Shown: positions 10,889 to 21,042, counted from the stretch's first letter. The stretch is DNA of 64,000 nucleotides from Candidatus Omnitrophota bacterium (GCA_016179745.1 JACPCP010000008.1:34103-98102), one strand, 5' to 3'. Notes: generated by a model not told the origin, from the letters alone. Made by a program: numbers and translations.

Positions 10889-11358
10889 CGGTTTGACTCC
10901 AAACTTTCCAGAAGCTCTTTGACGGTTTTTTTCAATTTCGGATGGAACTTCCCGGGTGCCAATTCCGCAAGCGGCCCCAAGACAAAGGCCCGCTCGTGAA
11001 GCCGGGGGTGGGGAATTTCGAGAGGGGCCCCGGAGACAACCTCGTCCCCGTAAAAAAGAATATCGAGATCAATCGGACGAGGCGCATTCCTCACGGTCCG
11101 GACCCTCCCGAGTTCGGATTCGATCCCGAGGAGCCGGTCCCGGAGTTCGGGGGCGCCGAGTGACGTTTCGATCTCCCAGACCGCATTCAAAAATTTTCCC
11201 TGCGGCGGGCCGCCCACCGGTTCCGTCTCGATCACCGAAGAGCTTCGAAGAAAACGGGTCCCGGGGAATTTTCCGATTTTGAGCCGGGCCTCTGTCAGGG
11301 TGCGGCCCCGGTCCCCGAGATTGGATCCGGCCCCGATGAAGACGTGTTCCAAGCGCAA
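10885..11358 (-). CDS. folK: 2-amino-4-hydroxy-6-hydroxymethyldihydropteridine diphosphokinase
   Basis: 157 aa. FIGAGSNLGDR...RPIDLDILFYGDEVV...LEIPHPRLHERAFVLGPLAELAP is the HPPK signature. 4-nt overlap with panC. Confidence 0.92.
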   Translation of the reverse strand: MRLEHVFIGAGSNLGDRGRTLTEARLKIGKFPGTRFLRSSSVIETEPVGGPPQGKFLNAVWEIETSLGAPELRDRLLGIESELGRVRTVRNAPRPIDLDILFYGDEVVSGAPLEIPHPRLHERAFVLGPLAELAPGKFHPKLKKTVKELLESLESNR

Positions 11359-11365
11359 CCCCCAG

Positions 11366-12562
11366 TCACTTCCCGTGCCAGTGGGTGTGAATCTTTTCGA
11401 TTCGCCGAAGGGCCTCTTGAATACGTTCTTCGCGAAGGGTCAGGGAGGCCCGGACATAGCCTTCGCCATTGGGGCCAAAGCCATTTCCCGGCGTCACGAT
11501 GATTTGGGCCTCCTCCAAAAGTTTCATCGCCAATTCCTGCGAAGTGTAACCCGCCGGAACGGGGATCCAGCAATAGAAGGTTGCCTTGGGGAGCGGAACA
11601 TTCCAGCCGAGACCTTCCAGCCCCCGAATAAAAAGATTCCGTCTCTTCTGGTAAATTTTGACGAGCGGCTCATAGGCGGCCCGGCCCTCCTCCAGGGCCC
11701 GCTTGCCGGCCAGCTGGACGGCCTGAAAAATTCCGGAATCGATATTCGATTTCACCTTCCCGAGGAGCCGGATCACCTCCCGGTTTCCCACGGCAAATCC
11801 GATTCGCCAGCCGGTCATATTATAAGTCTTGGACAAGGAGTGAAACTCCACGGCCGTCTCCCGGGCGCCTTCGATTTCAAGGAGGCTCAAGGCCCGCTCC
11901 CCGTCAAAGGTCATTTCCGAATAGGCCGCATCCTGAGCAATCAAGATTCCGTGCCCTCGGGCCCAAGCAACGGCCTTTTCAAAGAATTCTCTCGGAGCAA
12001 CCGCTGCCGTGGGATTGTTGGGGTAATTCAGAAAAAGAAGCCGGCTCTTCTCCAGAATCGAAGGTTCGACCGAGTCCAGGTCGGGCAAAAAATCCGCCGA
12101 CCCGAGAAGCGGGAGAAGGTGCGGAACGCCCCCGGCCAGGTGCACGGCCGACTTGTAGACCGGGTAACAGGGGTCGGGCACGAGCGCCACGTCGCCCGGA
12201 TTTAAAAAAGAGAGCGGCAGGTGCGCAATCCCCTCCTTGGAACCAATCAAGGGCAGAATTTCTTCGTGCGGATCGAGTTGGACCCGAAACCGTTCTTCAA
12301 ACCAGCGGGCAAAGGTCTCCCGAAGTTCCGGCAGGCCCTGATCAAGGGCATAGCGGTGGTTCTTGGGGTCCCGGGCGGCCTCGGCCAGGGCCTCGATAAT
12401 GAAATCAGGGGTCGGAAGATCCGGGTCCCCCACCCCCAGGTCAATCACATCTTTTCCCTGGGCCCGGAGCTCCCGCTTTCGCCGGTCCACCTCCACAAAA
12501 AGGTAGGGCGGCAGTTTTTTAAGCCTTTCCGGAGGTTCAAAGGAAACGGGTTTATGTCGCAT
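11366..12562 (-). CDS. dapL: Class I/II aminotransferase, LL-diaminopimelate aminotransferase type
   Basis: 398 aa. The N-terminus LKKLPPYLFVEVDRRKRELRAQGKDVIDLGVGDPDLPTP and the lysine region SLSKTYNMTGWRIG are typical of proteins annotated as DapL-type aminotransferases. Substrate assignment is by family resemblance only. Confidence 0.7.
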   Translation of the reverse strand: MRHKPVSFEPPERLKKLPPYLFVEVDRRKRELRAQGKDVIDLGVGDPDLPTPDFIIEALAEAARDPKNHRYALDQGLPELRETFARWFEERFRVQLDPHEEILPLIGSKEGIAHLPLSFLNPGDVALVPDPCYPVYKSAVHLAGGVPHLLPLLGSADFLPDLDSVEPSILEKSRLLFLNYPNNPTAAVAPREFFEKAVAWARGHGILIAQDAAYSEMTFDGERALSLLEIEGARETAVEFHSLSKTYNMTGWRIGFAVGNREVIRLLGKVKSNIDSGIFQAVQLAGKRALEEGRAAYEPLVKIYQKRRNLFIRGLEGLGWNVPLPKATFYCWIPVPAGYTSQELAMKLLEEAQIIVTPGNGFGPNGEGYVRASLTLREERIQEALRRIEKIHTHWHGK

Positions 12563-12645
12563 CGGAAGTCCTTCTAAGGAAAGGCAGGATTATAACAGAC
12601 TCCCCGGGAAAGAAAAAGGCGGCCGGATTTTCGGAGCGGGGCTCG

Positions 12646-12822
12646 TTAAAAGGCCCGGTCAAACGGGTGGCGGAAGGAGTAATGCGGATTCAATTCCATC
12701 AGTTGTGTGAGGAGCTTGAGACAGGCCACGGCCAGCTGCAACTGATGGGTCTTTTGCCAGGTGGAATAAAGCTGGAGGAGCCGGTCCTCCAAAGATCGGA
12801 ATTTACGGGCCCTTTGGGTCAC
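12646..12822 (-). CDS. Possible small helical protein (58 aa), hypothetical
   Basis: GTG at 12822 is preceded by AAGGGAG with 6-nt spacing, and overlaps the end of the upstream gene by 20 nt. Product: MTQRARKFRSLEDRLLQLYSTWQKTHQLQLAVACLKLLTQLMELNPHYSFRHPFDRAF. I recognise no family. This is the 3' part of track ORF 12646..13008. Confidence 0.3.
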   Translation of the reverse strand: MTQRARKFRSLEDRLLQLYSTWQKTHQLQLAVACLKLLTQLMELNPHYSFRHPFDRAF

Positions 12823-13573
12823 TGAAAACTCCCTTTCCGAACTGGGGATCAAACTGCCTGAGTTTCCCGAGTTCATCATGAATTCTCTGCTCCAGCTGAT
12901 GATCTTTGGTCCGGAGCCACGCCGCATAAAGATCGAGGAATCGGTCAATCCTCTCCTGCCGGGTCGTCTCCTGCTCATAGCGCCCGAACTCTTCCATGAA
13001 CTTGTCAAACGCCTGGTCCCGGAACCGGTTCAGAAAACTGAAGTAATCCCTTCGGACGGTCCGAAGGATATTCGTATAAAGATCAAAATTCCTGGAGAGC
13101 TTCTGGAGGACATCCCCGATGCCGGTTCTCTTCCGATAAATCCGGGCGTGATAATTGGCCGCCTGCTCGTAGTAAAGCCGGCCGAGTTCAGAAAAGTGCC
13201 TTTCAGAGCGCCGGAAAATCCCATGGCGGGCCTTGGCGGCGAGGTCCTCAAAAATAGCGAGGTGAACGAGAAGGTAGTCGGCATTCACCTTAAAAATAAA
13301 ATAGCGGATGGTTCGGTCCTCGGTCGCCTGCACCCAGCGCAGGACATCGCTCGAATCGGTGGAGAGATAGGGTTCGGCCAGTTCGTGATACTCGGGGAGC
13401 GCAATGGCAAAAAGCAGGTGCGACAGATAGACATTCACGTCCTCATCCTCCTGCTCTTCCGAAGGAGCCACCTCCAAATCCATCCGGGAGCGCACCAAAG
13501 ACCCGAGGAGATAACGGATCACCGTGTCTCTCTCCTGCTTGTCGATATCGAAGTAGAAGCAAGGTTCTTTCAT
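12803..13573 (-). CDS. Hypothetical all-helical protein (about 256 aa), no family recognised
   Basis: Long ORF with a non-shadow composition (MKEPCFYFDIDKQERDTVIRYLLGSLV...). ATG 13573 is preceded by GGAGAG at 5 nt. The track start at 13594 is a GTG. Confidence 0.75.
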   Translation of the reverse strand: MKEPCFYFDIDKQERDTVIRYLLGSLVRSRMDLEVAPSEEQEDEDVNVYLSHLLFAIALPEYHELAEPYLSTDSSDVLRWVQATEDRTIRYFIFKVNADYLLVHLAIFEDLAAKARHGIFRRSERHFSELGRLYYEQAANYHARIYRKRTGIGDVLQKLSRNFDLYTNILRTVRRDYFSFLNRFRDQAFDKFMEEFGRYEQETTRQERIDRFLDLYAAWLRTKDHQLEQRIHDELGKLRQFDPQFGKGVFSDPKGP

Positions 13574-13628
13574 TTTCTCTCCACCCCTTCTCACTTAAAT
13601 CTTTTTAAACGCCCTTAATTTAGGTGCC

Positions 13629-13651
13629 AATAAAAAGGCCTTTTCGGCCTT
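13629..13651 (-). terminator. Weak hairpin plus T-tract downstream of recO (possible intrinsic terminator or 5'-UTR stem of the next gene)
   Basis: Minus strand reads CCG-AAGGCC-GAAAA-GGCCTT-TTTATT: a 6-bp stem, a 5-nt loop and a T-rich tail. Confidence 0.4.
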
Positions 13652-13658
13652 CGGAAAA

Positions 13659-13687
13659 AAGATAGCACCCACTTCCGGGCTTGTCAA
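13659..13687 (-). promoter_or_regulatory. Putative sigma70-type promoter (TTGACA-17 nt-TATCTT) between recO and the hypothetical gene
   Basis: On the minus strand, TTGACA is at 13687..13682, the spacer is 17 nt, and TATCTT is at 13664..13659. A second candidate is TTGGCA (13630..13625)-16 nt-TAAAAA (13608..13603). Confidence 0.4.
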
Positions 13688-13731
13688 ATGAGCGAAAAAT
13701 AAGCTCTCTACTTGTATATGAAAATAAGGGG

Positions 13732-14505
13732 TTAAGATATTTTTACGCTGCGGAGTTTGAGGGAGCGGACTTGATTCAGGAAGCGGCGGCTCCGGAGGCG
13801 GCCCCCCAGGCGGTCAGACAAGAACCCCTCCATCAGGTTCCCTATTTCCTTTTCCACCCCCGGATCCAAAGATTGGCGGATCGCCTCCGAGGGGGACTCG
13901 CTCACGACCCTCCTAATAGCCTCCAAGGCCCCGGGATTCAAGGCCTTTGCCCCGGGAGATTTGTGCCGGCACTTGGAACAAAAAAGGGCCCCATGTTTTT
14001 GACTGAAATAGATTTTTTCCAGTCCCTTCTCGCCGCAGCCGAGGCAGCTTTCAAGATGCGGCAGGAGTCCGGCCTCGTGAAGGAGCCTCGTTTCAAAAAA
14101 CAGGACCATGAAGGCGGGTGAAAGCGTCGGCAGGAATTGAAAGGCAAAATGAAGGAGATCGAAAATCGCTTCGTGGGGATCGTGGGGCTGGGTGACCTGG
14201 TCTACCAATTCAGCCAAATAGTAAGCAGTTGCCAGGGTTTCGAGATTGGAACGCAGCGGATTAAAACTTTCCAGGATGGAGGCCTCTGAAATCAAATGAA
14301 TTTCGGAACGGATCTTTTCATAGAAGACAATCTCAAGCAGTGTGAAGGGCTCGAACGTGCCGGGCCGGGGAATCCCCTCTTTGCGCACTCCCTTGGCCAC
14401 CCCCTTCACTTTCCCGAAAGAACGGGTGAAGGTGGTCACCAAAAGGGAGCTGGTCCGAAAGGGCAGGGACTTTAGAACAAAAGCTTCCGATTTTTGGATC
14501 GCCAT
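13732..14505 (-). CDS. recO: DNA repair protein RecO
   Basis: From the internal ATG 14505: MAIQKSEAFVLKSLPFRTSSLLVTTFTRSFGKVKGVAKGVRK (OB-fold start typical of RecO). A zinc-binding CLGCG...CSKC lies in the C-terminal half. The longer track ORF (to 14640) would overlap ybeY extensively. Confidence 0.88.
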   Translation of the reverse strand: MAIQKSEAFVLKSLPFRTSSLLVTTFTRSFGKVKGVAKGVRKEGIPRPGTFEPFTLLEIVFYEKIRSEIHLISEASILESFNPLRSNLETLATAYYLAELVDQVTQPHDPHEAIFDLLHFAFQFLPTLSPAFMVLFFETRLLHEAGLLPHLESCLGCGEKGLEKIYFSQKHGALFCSKCRHKSPGAKALNPGALEAIRRVVSESPSEAIRQSLDPGVEKEIGNLMEGFLSDRLGGRLRSRRFLNQVRSLKLRSVKIS

Positions 14506-14966
14506 CGTGCGCCCAAGACCTTTCTCAGGAGATTCTGCTGCTTCCGATCCATCCGGGCCCTTTGGGCCGGTGTCGAATCCTGCCAGCCCATCAAATGGAG
14601 GATCCCGTGGCAGAGATAAAGAAGCAGTTCCTCGTCCCACCGGTTTCCATATTCGGGGCCGGCCCGCCTTGCCGTTTCAACCGAAACGACCACGTCCCCC
14701 AAAAAGGGCGTCCCCCGTCCCGGAAAGGGCTTACCTTCCTGCTGACCAAAGGCCAGGACGTCCGTCGCACGGTCTTGACCCAGGAACCGGCGGTGAAGAC
14801 GGCGGATTTCGGCATCGTCCACCAAAAGAAGGGAAAGGCCCGCCCGCTTCCACCCGAGCCGTGCCAGAACTTCCCGAACCCGCCGAAGGAGCCGGGGGCG
14901 TAAAATCCGGATTCGCTTCTGGCGGTTTTCAACGGTAATCTCAAAACGGTGCCGGTCGGAGGTCAA
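14472..14966 (-). CDS. ybeY: rRNA maturation endoribonuclease YbeY
   Basis: 164 aa with the metal-binding motif HGILHLMGWQD near the C-terminus. Confidence 0.92.
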   Translation of the reverse strand: MTSDRHRFEITVENRQKRIRILRPRLLRRVREVLARLGWKRAGLSLLLVDDAEIRRLHRRFLGQDRATDVLAFGQQEGKPFPGRGTPFLGDVVVSVETARRAGPEYGNRWDEELLLYLCHGILHLMGWQDSTPAQRARMDRKQQNLLRKVLGARWRSKNRKLLF

Positions 14967-17068
14967 TGGAACTTTGAAAACTGGTCCGATTCAAAAAGGT
15001 CCGGCTGGTGCGGATCGGGTTGGGCGACGGGGTAATTGACACGGGTATGAAAAATTGCCGTCAGGTTCTGGACAAAACTTTCTTGAATCTTATGGAGGTT
15101 TTTCAGCGTGAGGTCGCACTCGTCAAGCTGCCCATCGATAAACTTGTCGTTGATGATTTTCCGCACCAGCGTCCGGATCACGGCTGGGCTTACCTCCTTT
15201 AAAGAACGGCTCGCCGCCTCGACGGAATCCGCCAAAAGGGCCACGGCCGTCTCCCGGCTCTGCGGCTTGGGCCCGGGATAACGGAAATCATCCGGATTCA
15301 CCTTCTCGCCCGGGGCCGCCTGGTCCAGGGCCTTCCGGTAAAAGTAATAAACAATCCCCTGGCCCTGGTGCTCCGGAATGAATCGGACAATCACTTCCTT
15401 CAGCTTGTATTTCCGGGCCAGCGTAATTCCGTCTTTGACGTGATTCATCACCACGAGCGAACTCATGCTGGGAGTCAATTTCTCGTGTTTGTTCCCCGTC
15501 TGCGGCGTCTGGTTCTCGGTGAAATATTCCGAGCGGGCAATCTTTCCGATATCGTGAAAGTAGCACCCGACACGGGCCAGGAGGGCGTTGGCCCCGATCG
15601 CCTCCGAGGCCGCCTCCGCCAGGGTGCTGACCACCAGGCTGTGGTGATACGTGCCGGGCGCCTCAACCACCATTTTTTTAAGGAGCGGGTGGTTCAGGTC
15701 GGAAAGTTCGAGAAGGGTAATGTCGGTCGTCAAATTGAAGAGGGACTCCAGGAGGGGCACCAGGAAAAAAGAAAGCATCGTCACGAGAAAGCCGTTGGCC
15801 AGGCCGAGGGGGGTGATCCCCAGGGCTTCCCTGAATTCCCATTCCTGGAAAAAGGAATAGGCCGCCAGCGCCAGCGTATTGACCAAACCCACCACCAGAC
15901 CCAGCCTGAAGAACTGGATCCTCTTTCGAATTCCCCGGGCCGCAAAAACCGCCGTGAGGGAGCCCAGAAGAATCATAAGAAGGATGTCGATCCGAAACTC
16001 TGCCAGGGGGGCTGAAAAAATGGAGACGGCCAACGCCCCCAAAATTCCCAGCCCGGGGCCCCGGAGGAGCGTCAAAAGGATGGCGGCCACGGCGCCGGGC
16101 AAAAGGTAGACGGAGGAATTTGGAAATAAAAGGGCGGCTTTTTCAACTCCGAGGGTCACGCCAAAAACGGTCAGGACCAGAGCCAGAAAGGCGGGCGAGT
16201 TCTGTTCCCTGGGTTCAAACTGCCCAAGATAAAGGGCCGTCACCAGGAGCCCCAGAAAAATAAAGAGGGCCGAAGACACCAGGCGGCTTTGGACCTGCTT
16301 TTTGGCCATCTTTTTCCGGACCTGACGAAGCCGCTCCTGATCTTCGGCCGTCACAAGGAGCCCCCTCTGCACGATCATCTCTCCCCGCTTGACCACTTCG
16401 GCCGCCGGAGGCACCGAATCCGCCGCCTGCTTGAGGCGTTCTTTCGTTTTGGCTTCATCAAAAACAAGGTTTGGCCGGAGGGCCTTCGAAAAAATCTCAA
16501 GCGCCGTGGAACGCACGGGCCGGTCCTTGAAGCCCTCCCGATCAAGAAGGGCCGCAGCCTTTGCCCTGGCTTCCGAAACGGTCACAAGGGACTTGACCTC
16601 CCGGGGAGCTTCCGCCCTGCCTTCCGAATCCCCGAGCTCGATCCGGAGGGTCCCGGAACCGGACAGCTTTTCTTTGACCGAATCCGGGAAAACCCCCTCC
16701 TTCAGAAATTTCTCCACAAGCCGGGCAACGGCCTTTGAAACCTCCTCCCGGGCCTCCGGTTTCTCCAGGCCTGCCTCGCCGATCTGTTTCTCCGTCTCTG
16801 AAGAAATTTCCCGCTCCACCCGGGGATCGAGGGAGTAAACGCTCAAGACCCCGGCCTCTTTTTCCCGCCGGAGCCGTGCCGTCTCCTCCTCATCGACAAA
16901 AGAGACGTGGATCGGGGAAAAGACAGTGCGGGGCGCCGGCTCACCGATGACAAACTCTGTCTTAATGTCAGGCAGGGATTTCTGAACCACCAGGAGGAAG
17001 GTGCCGAGAAAAAACGCCAGAGCGTAAAGACCCCAGCGGAAAAATCTAGGGCCGTTCGTGCTTTTCAT
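14963..17068 (-). CDS. Membrane HD-domain phosphohydrolase (7TM-HDED plus HD; PgpH/YqfF-like)
   Basis: About 700 aa with an N-terminal TM helix, a long extracytoplasmic region, seven hydrophobic helices, then an HD domain ([11 protein letters not shown]...CYFHDIGK). Start taken at ATG 17068 ([10 protein letters not shown]). It sits in the conserved phoH-pgpH-ybeY context. Confidence 0.85.
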   Translation of the reverse strand: MKSTNGPRFFRWGLYALAFFLGTFLLVVQKSLPDIKTEFVIGEPAPRTVFSPIHVSFVDEEETARLRREKEAGVLSVYSLDPRVEREISSETEKQIGEAGLEKPEAREEVSKAVARLVEKFLKEGVFPDSVKEKLSGSGTLRIELGDSEGRAEAPREVKSLVTVSEARAKAAALLDREGFKDRPVRSTALEIFSKALRPNLVFDEAKTKERLKQAADSVPPAAEVVKRGEMIVQRGLLVTAEDQERLRQVRKKMAKKQVQSRLVSSALFIFLGLLVTALYLGQFEPREQNSPAFLALVLTVFGVTLGVEKAALLFPNSSVYLLPGAVAAILLTLLRGPGLGILGALAVSIFSAPLAEFRIDILLMILLGSLTAVFAARGIRKRIQFFRLGLVVGLVNTLALAAYSFFQEWEFREALGITPLGLANGFLVTMLSFFLVPLLESLFNLTTDITLLELSDLNHPLLKKMVVEAPGTYHHSLVVSTLAEAASEAIGANALLARVGCYFHDIGKIARSEYFTENQTPQTGNKHEKLTPSMSSLVVMNHVKDGITLARKYKLKEVIVRFIPEHQGQGIVYYFYRKALDQAAPGEKVNPDDFRYPGPKPQSRETAVALLADSVEAASRSLKEVSPAVIRTLVRKIINDKFIDGQLDECDLTLKNLHKIQESFVQNLTAIFHTRVNYPVAQPDPHQPDLFESDQFSKFH

Positions 17069-17972
17069 AGGCCCGGATAATTTCCTGGACGAGCGGGTGT
17101 CGGACCACATCTTTCTCCGAGAGGAATGCGAATTTGATGCCCTTGATGCCGGCCAGAATGGTCTGGATTTCCACGAGGCCGGAACGCTTGGCGCCCGGAA
17201 GGTCGATCTGGGTCACGTCTCCCGTCACGACGACCTTGGAAGAGAAACCCAGGCGGGTCAAAAACATTTTCATCTGGGCGTGCGTCGTGTTCTGCGCCTC
17301 GTCGAGGACCACGAAGGAATCGTTCAAGGTGCGGCCCCGCATGTAGGCCAGGGGCGCCACTTCGATGATCCGTCTCTCAAAGTAACGGGCCGCCTCGTCA
17401 AAATCGACCATCTCGTAAAGGGCATCGTAAAGCGGCCGGAGATAAGGGTTGATCTTGGCGTAAAGGTCGCCGGGGAGAAACCCGAGGCTCTCGCCTGCCT
17501 CCACGGCGGGGCGGGTCAGCACAATTCGATCGACCTGTTTTTTCTTCAGGGCATCGAGCGCCGCCGCCATCGCCAGAAAGGTCTTTCCGGTGCCGGCGGG
17601 TCCGATGGCAATCACAATGTCGTGCGCCTGGATGGCCTCCAGATAATCCTGCTGGCCCTTGGACTTGGCTTTGATGATCGCCCCTTTGTGGAAAAAACTC
17701 ACCTCTCCACGGCTTGGGACCTCCGGCTTTTTTTCACCGGCGTCCCGCCCCCGAACCTTGGGGGCCTCACCGGATCGAATTCGTTCCAACTGATCGAGGA
17801 AAAAATCGTGGGCCCGGCTGACATCCCGTTTGGCGCCGGTCAAGGTCAGGACGTGGTTGCGGGCGGAGAGGTGGACCCCGAATTCCTTTTCCGCAAAGCG
17901 AAGGTTCTCATCGAGACTCCCGTAAAGCTTGATCGCCTCTTCGTTGGTCCGGAGCTTGAGTGTCTTTTCCAT
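17046..17972 (-). CDS. phoH: PhoH-family ATPase (YbeZ-like)
   Basis: 308 aa. Walker A at [16 protein letters not shown] and LDEAQNTT are PhoH signatures. Confidence 0.92.
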   Translation of the reverse strand: MEKTLKLRTNEEAIKLYGSLDENLRFAEKEFGVHLSARNHVLTLTGAKRDVSRAHDFFLDQLERIRSGEAPKVRGRDAGEKKPEVPSRGEVSFFHKGAIIKAKSKGQQDYLEAIQAHDIVIAIGPAGTGKTFLAMAAALDALKKKQVDRIVLTRPAVEAGESLGFLPGDLYAKINPYLRPLYDALYEMVDFDEAARYFERRIIEVAPLAYMRGRTLNDSFVVLDEAQNTTHAQMKMFLTRLGFSSKVVVTGDVTQIDLPGAKRSGLVEIQTILAGIKGIKFAFLSEKDVVRHPLVQEIIRAYEKHERP

Positions 17973-18007
17973 TGATTAAAGGATAGCCTGTGTTCCCTTT
18001 TTTTGCT

Positions 18008-19771
18008 TCAAGCCGGCTTGATATGAAGCTCCTTCAATTGCCTCGGAGAAACGCCCGAGGGGGCATCCGTTAAAAGGCAGGTCCCCTTCTGGGTCTTGGG
18101 AAAAGCAATGACCTCCCGGATGGAATCCTTGCCTCGTAGAATGGCAACAAGGCGGTCGACCCCCAGGGCAATTCCGCCGTGGGGAGGGGCCCCGAAACTA
18201 AGGGCCTTCAGGAGAAATCCAAACTTTTCCTCCGCCTCCTGGGCGCTGATTTTGAGGGCCCGGAAAAGTTTTTCCTGCACCGCCCGTTTGTGGATTCGGA
18301 TACTCCCGCCGCCGATCTCTGTCCCGTTCAGGACGAGGTCGTAGGCCCGGGCTTTGACCTTCTCAGGCGCCTCGCCCAGCAAAGGTTCATCCGCTTCCCG
18401 GGGAGAGGTGAAGGGATGGTGAAGCGCTACAAAGCGTTTTTCTTCCTCGCTCCATTCGAGGAGCGGGAACTCAGTGACCCAGGTCCATTCGAAACGGCCG
18501 GGGGGAATCAGTGGATAACGCTCCGCCAAGTGAGTTCGCAGCGCCCCGAGCAAAATGGAGGCCCCGGGGTCCGGACCGGCAACAATGAAGATGACTTGGC
18601 CCGGCCGGGCGGCCAATTTTTTAACGAGGGCGGCGATTTGTCCCGCTTGAAAAAATTTCGCCACAGGCGACTCCACTTCGTCCTCCCGCTTCACCTTGAA
18701 CCAAACGAGCCCCTTGGCGCCGAGGGCCTGAAGATGGGTCGTCAACTCGTCGAAATCCTTTCGAGAGAGCTCGCTCCCCGCCGGCGTTGGAAAGACGAGG
18801 GCTTTTATCTTCCCTCCTCCCTCGATGACTTCGTTGAAAATTTTAAACTCGCTCCCTTTGAGGAGCTCGGTCACGTCCTCCAAAAACATCTCATAGCGAA
18901 GATCGGGCTTGTCCGAGCCGTAACGGGCGAGGGCCTTCTCGTAGGGAATTCGGCGGAAGGGCCGCTCGATTTTCTTCTGAAGGAGTTTCTCGAAAATGTC
19001 GGCCGTCATCCCCTCCACCACATTCATAATGTCTTCCTCCGTGACAAAGGACATCTCCAGATCGATCTGCGTGTGCTCCGGCTGGCGGTCGGCCCGGAGG
19101 TCTTCATCCCGGAAGCAGCGGGCCAGTTGAAAATAGCGGTCAAAGCCGGAAACCATCAAGAGCTGTTTAAAAAGCTGGGGCGATTGCGGCAGGGCGTAAA
19201 AGGCCCCGGGTGTCAGACGGGAAGGGACGAGAAAATCCCGGGCCCCTTCCGGAGTGCTCTTCGTCAAGTCCGGGGTTTCGACTTCGATGAAATCAAGTGA
19301 ATGAAGATGATCCCGGACAATTCGTGTCAGTTCGTAACGGAATCGGAGGCTCTCCTGCATGTCGGGCCGGCGGAGATCAAGGAAACGGTATTTGAGGCGG
19401 AGGTCTTCCGAGATCACGTCGCTCCCGGAAATTTCAAAGGGCGGCGTCGGCGATTCGTTCAGGATTTCCAGCGCTTCGGCCAGGACTTCCACTTCGCCGG
19501 TCGGGATTTTCGGGTTTTCGGTCCCGGCCGGGCGGCGCCGGACTTCGCCCTCGACCCGGACCACAAATTCCGAACGGAGTTTCTCCGCCTGGCCGTGGAC
19601 GGCCGGGTTTGCCTTGGGATTGAAGACAAGCTGCACGATCCCCCAACGGTCCCGAAGGTCAATGAAAATGAGGCCGCCGTGGTCCCGACGGGTGTGGACC
19701 CAGCCGGCGAGCGACACCTTCTTTCCGATCTGGGCGCTTGTGAGAGAGCCTGCGGTGTGGGTCCGAAACAT
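18008..19771 (-). CDS. aspS: Aspartate--tRNA ligase
   Basis: 587 aa. OB-fold start GWVHTRRDHGGLIFIDLRDRWGIVQLVF, then class II motifs (FRDEDLRADRQPEHTQIDLEMSF and GGGSIRIH). Confidence 0.96.
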   Translation of the reverse strand: MFRTHTAGSLTSAQIGKKVSLAGWVHTRRDHGGLIFIDLRDRWGIVQLVFNPKANPAVHGQAEKLRSEFVVRVEGEVRRRPAGTENPKIPTGEVEVLAEALEILNESPTPPFEISGSDVISEDLRLKYRFLDLRRPDMQESLRFRYELTRIVRDHLHSLDFIEVETPDLTKSTPEGARDFLVPSRLTPGAFYALPQSPQLFKQLLMVSGFDRYFQLARCFRDEDLRADRQPEHTQIDLEMSFVTEEDIMNVVEGMTADIFEKLLQKKIERPFRRIPYEKALARYGSDKPDLRYEMFLEDVTELLKGSEFKIFNEVIEGGGKIKALVFPTPAGSELSRKDFDELTTHLQALGAKGLVWFKVKREDEVESPVAKFFQAGQIAALVKKLAARPGQVIFIVAGPDPGASILLGALRTHLAERYPLIPPGRFEWTWVTEFPLLEWSEEEKRFVALHHPFTSPREADEPLLGEAPEKVKARAYDLVLNGTEIGGGSIRIHKRAVQEKLFRALKISAQEAEEKFGFLLKALSFGAPPHGGIALGVDRLVAILRGKDSIREVIAFPKTQKGTCLLTDAPSGVSPRQLKELHIKPA

Positions 19772-21042
19772 CAGAGGAGGGCCTTTAAGGTGGAAACAAG
19801 TTGGGCCCGATCGATTTCCTGCTGCGTGTGTTTTTCCAAATCCTTCAAAGCCAGTTTCCCTTTTTGGACTTCCGACTCGCCGGCAATCAGGACGTGGCGA
19901 AGGCCCAGCCGGTTGGCCCGCTTCAAGTGTTCACTCAAGGAGGTTTCCTGAAGATGGGTTTCAACGGGAAAGCCGGCCTCCCTCAAATTCAGGATCAATT
20001 CACGGCAAAAATTTCGAATCTGCACATTCACCGCCAGGGAGGCGATGTAAAGGGTGCGGGCCTGAACGGCCTTCAAAGGGTCCCTGCCGGATCCCTCGAG
20101 GGCCGTGAGAAGCCTCTCCAAACCGATCGAAAATCCGGTCGCCGGCACACTCTCTCCGCCCAGCGATTCGTAGAGGCTGTCGTAGCGCCCGCCTCCGGCC
20201 ACGGCGTCCTGTGCCCCGAGCCCCGGGCCGGTCACTTCAAACACCGAGCCCGTGTAATAATCAAGGCCCCGCACGAGGCGTCTTTCTATCTGAGGCGTGA
20301 TCCCGTGTTCCGTTTTCAAAACAGTCTTCACCTCGTCAAAATTTTTCCGGCAGTGGGAGCAAAAATCCTCCCACGGCGCTTTTTGGATGACGGGCTGACA
20401 GCCTTCGTTTTTGCAGTCGAAAATCCGGAGGACATTTTTCTCCAGCCGGTAATGACACTCGGCGCAGAGCTTGGCCTTCTCCCCGGAAAAATAATTCTTG
20501 AGGGAAGTCACGAGGGCCGGCCGGTCCTTTGAGCAGCCGAGGTGGTTCAGCTTGAGCGTCGCCCCGTCGAGGCCCGCATAATGAAGGAACCGCCAGAGAA
20601 GTGAAATGACCTCGCCGTCGGCCGCCGGGCCTGATTCATTCACAAGCTCAATCCCGATCTGGTGAAACTGGCGTCTGCGGCCCGCCTGCGGGCGCTCGGC
20701 CCGAAACATGGGCCCCAGGTAGTAAAGCCGGAGGGACTTTGATTTCTTCAAGAGGTGGTTCTCGAGGACGGCCCGGGCCACGGAGGCGGTCATCTCCGGC
20801 CGGAGGGCGATTTTCCGCCCGCCCCGGTCCTCAAAGGCATACATTTCCTTATGGACGATGTCGCTCCCCTCGCCGAGCGAGCGGCTGAAAAGTTCCAGGG
20901 GCTCAACGATCGGGGTGCGGATTTCTTTATAGCCCCCGGCCTCCAGAAAAACCCGGGCCTTCTCCTCGAGCCACTGCCACTTCTCAATTTCCCCCGGGAG
21001 GAGGTCCACCATCCCCTTCAGGACCTGATATTTAGCCGACAT
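19771..21042 (-). CDS. hisS: Histidine--tRNA ligase
   Basis: 423 aa. KGMVDLLPGE, LRPEMTASVARA, YYLGPMFRAERPQAGRRRQFHQIG and GGGRYD are HisRS motifs. Confidence 0.96.
   Translation of the reverse strand: MSAKYQVLKGMVDLLPGEIEKWQWLEEKARVFLEAGGYKEIRTPIVEPLELFSRSLGEGSDIVHKEMYAFEDRGGRKIALRPEMTASVARAVLENHLLKKSKSLRLYYLGPMFRAERPQAGRRRQFHQIGIELVNESGPAADGEVISLLWRFLHYAGLDGATLKLNHLGCSKDRPALVTSLKNYFSGEKAKLCAECHYRLEKNVLRIFDCKNEGCQPVIQKAPWEDFCSHCRKNFDEVKTVLKTEHGITPQIERRLVRGLDYYTGSVFEVTGPGLGAQDAVAGGGRYDSLYESLGGESVPATGFSIGLERLLTALEGSGRDPLKAVQARTLYIASLAVNVQIRNFCRELILNLREAGFPVETHLQETSLSEHLKRANRLGLRHVLIAGESEVQKGKLALKDLEKHTQQEIDRAQLVSTLKALL

Noticed and set aside
12646-13008. Full-length 120-aa minus ORF
   Set aside because: Its first ~60 codons overlap the 3' end of the 256-aa gene in another frame and look like frame noise. 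Only the distal 58 codons, with their own RBS and GTG, are kept, as a low-confidence call.
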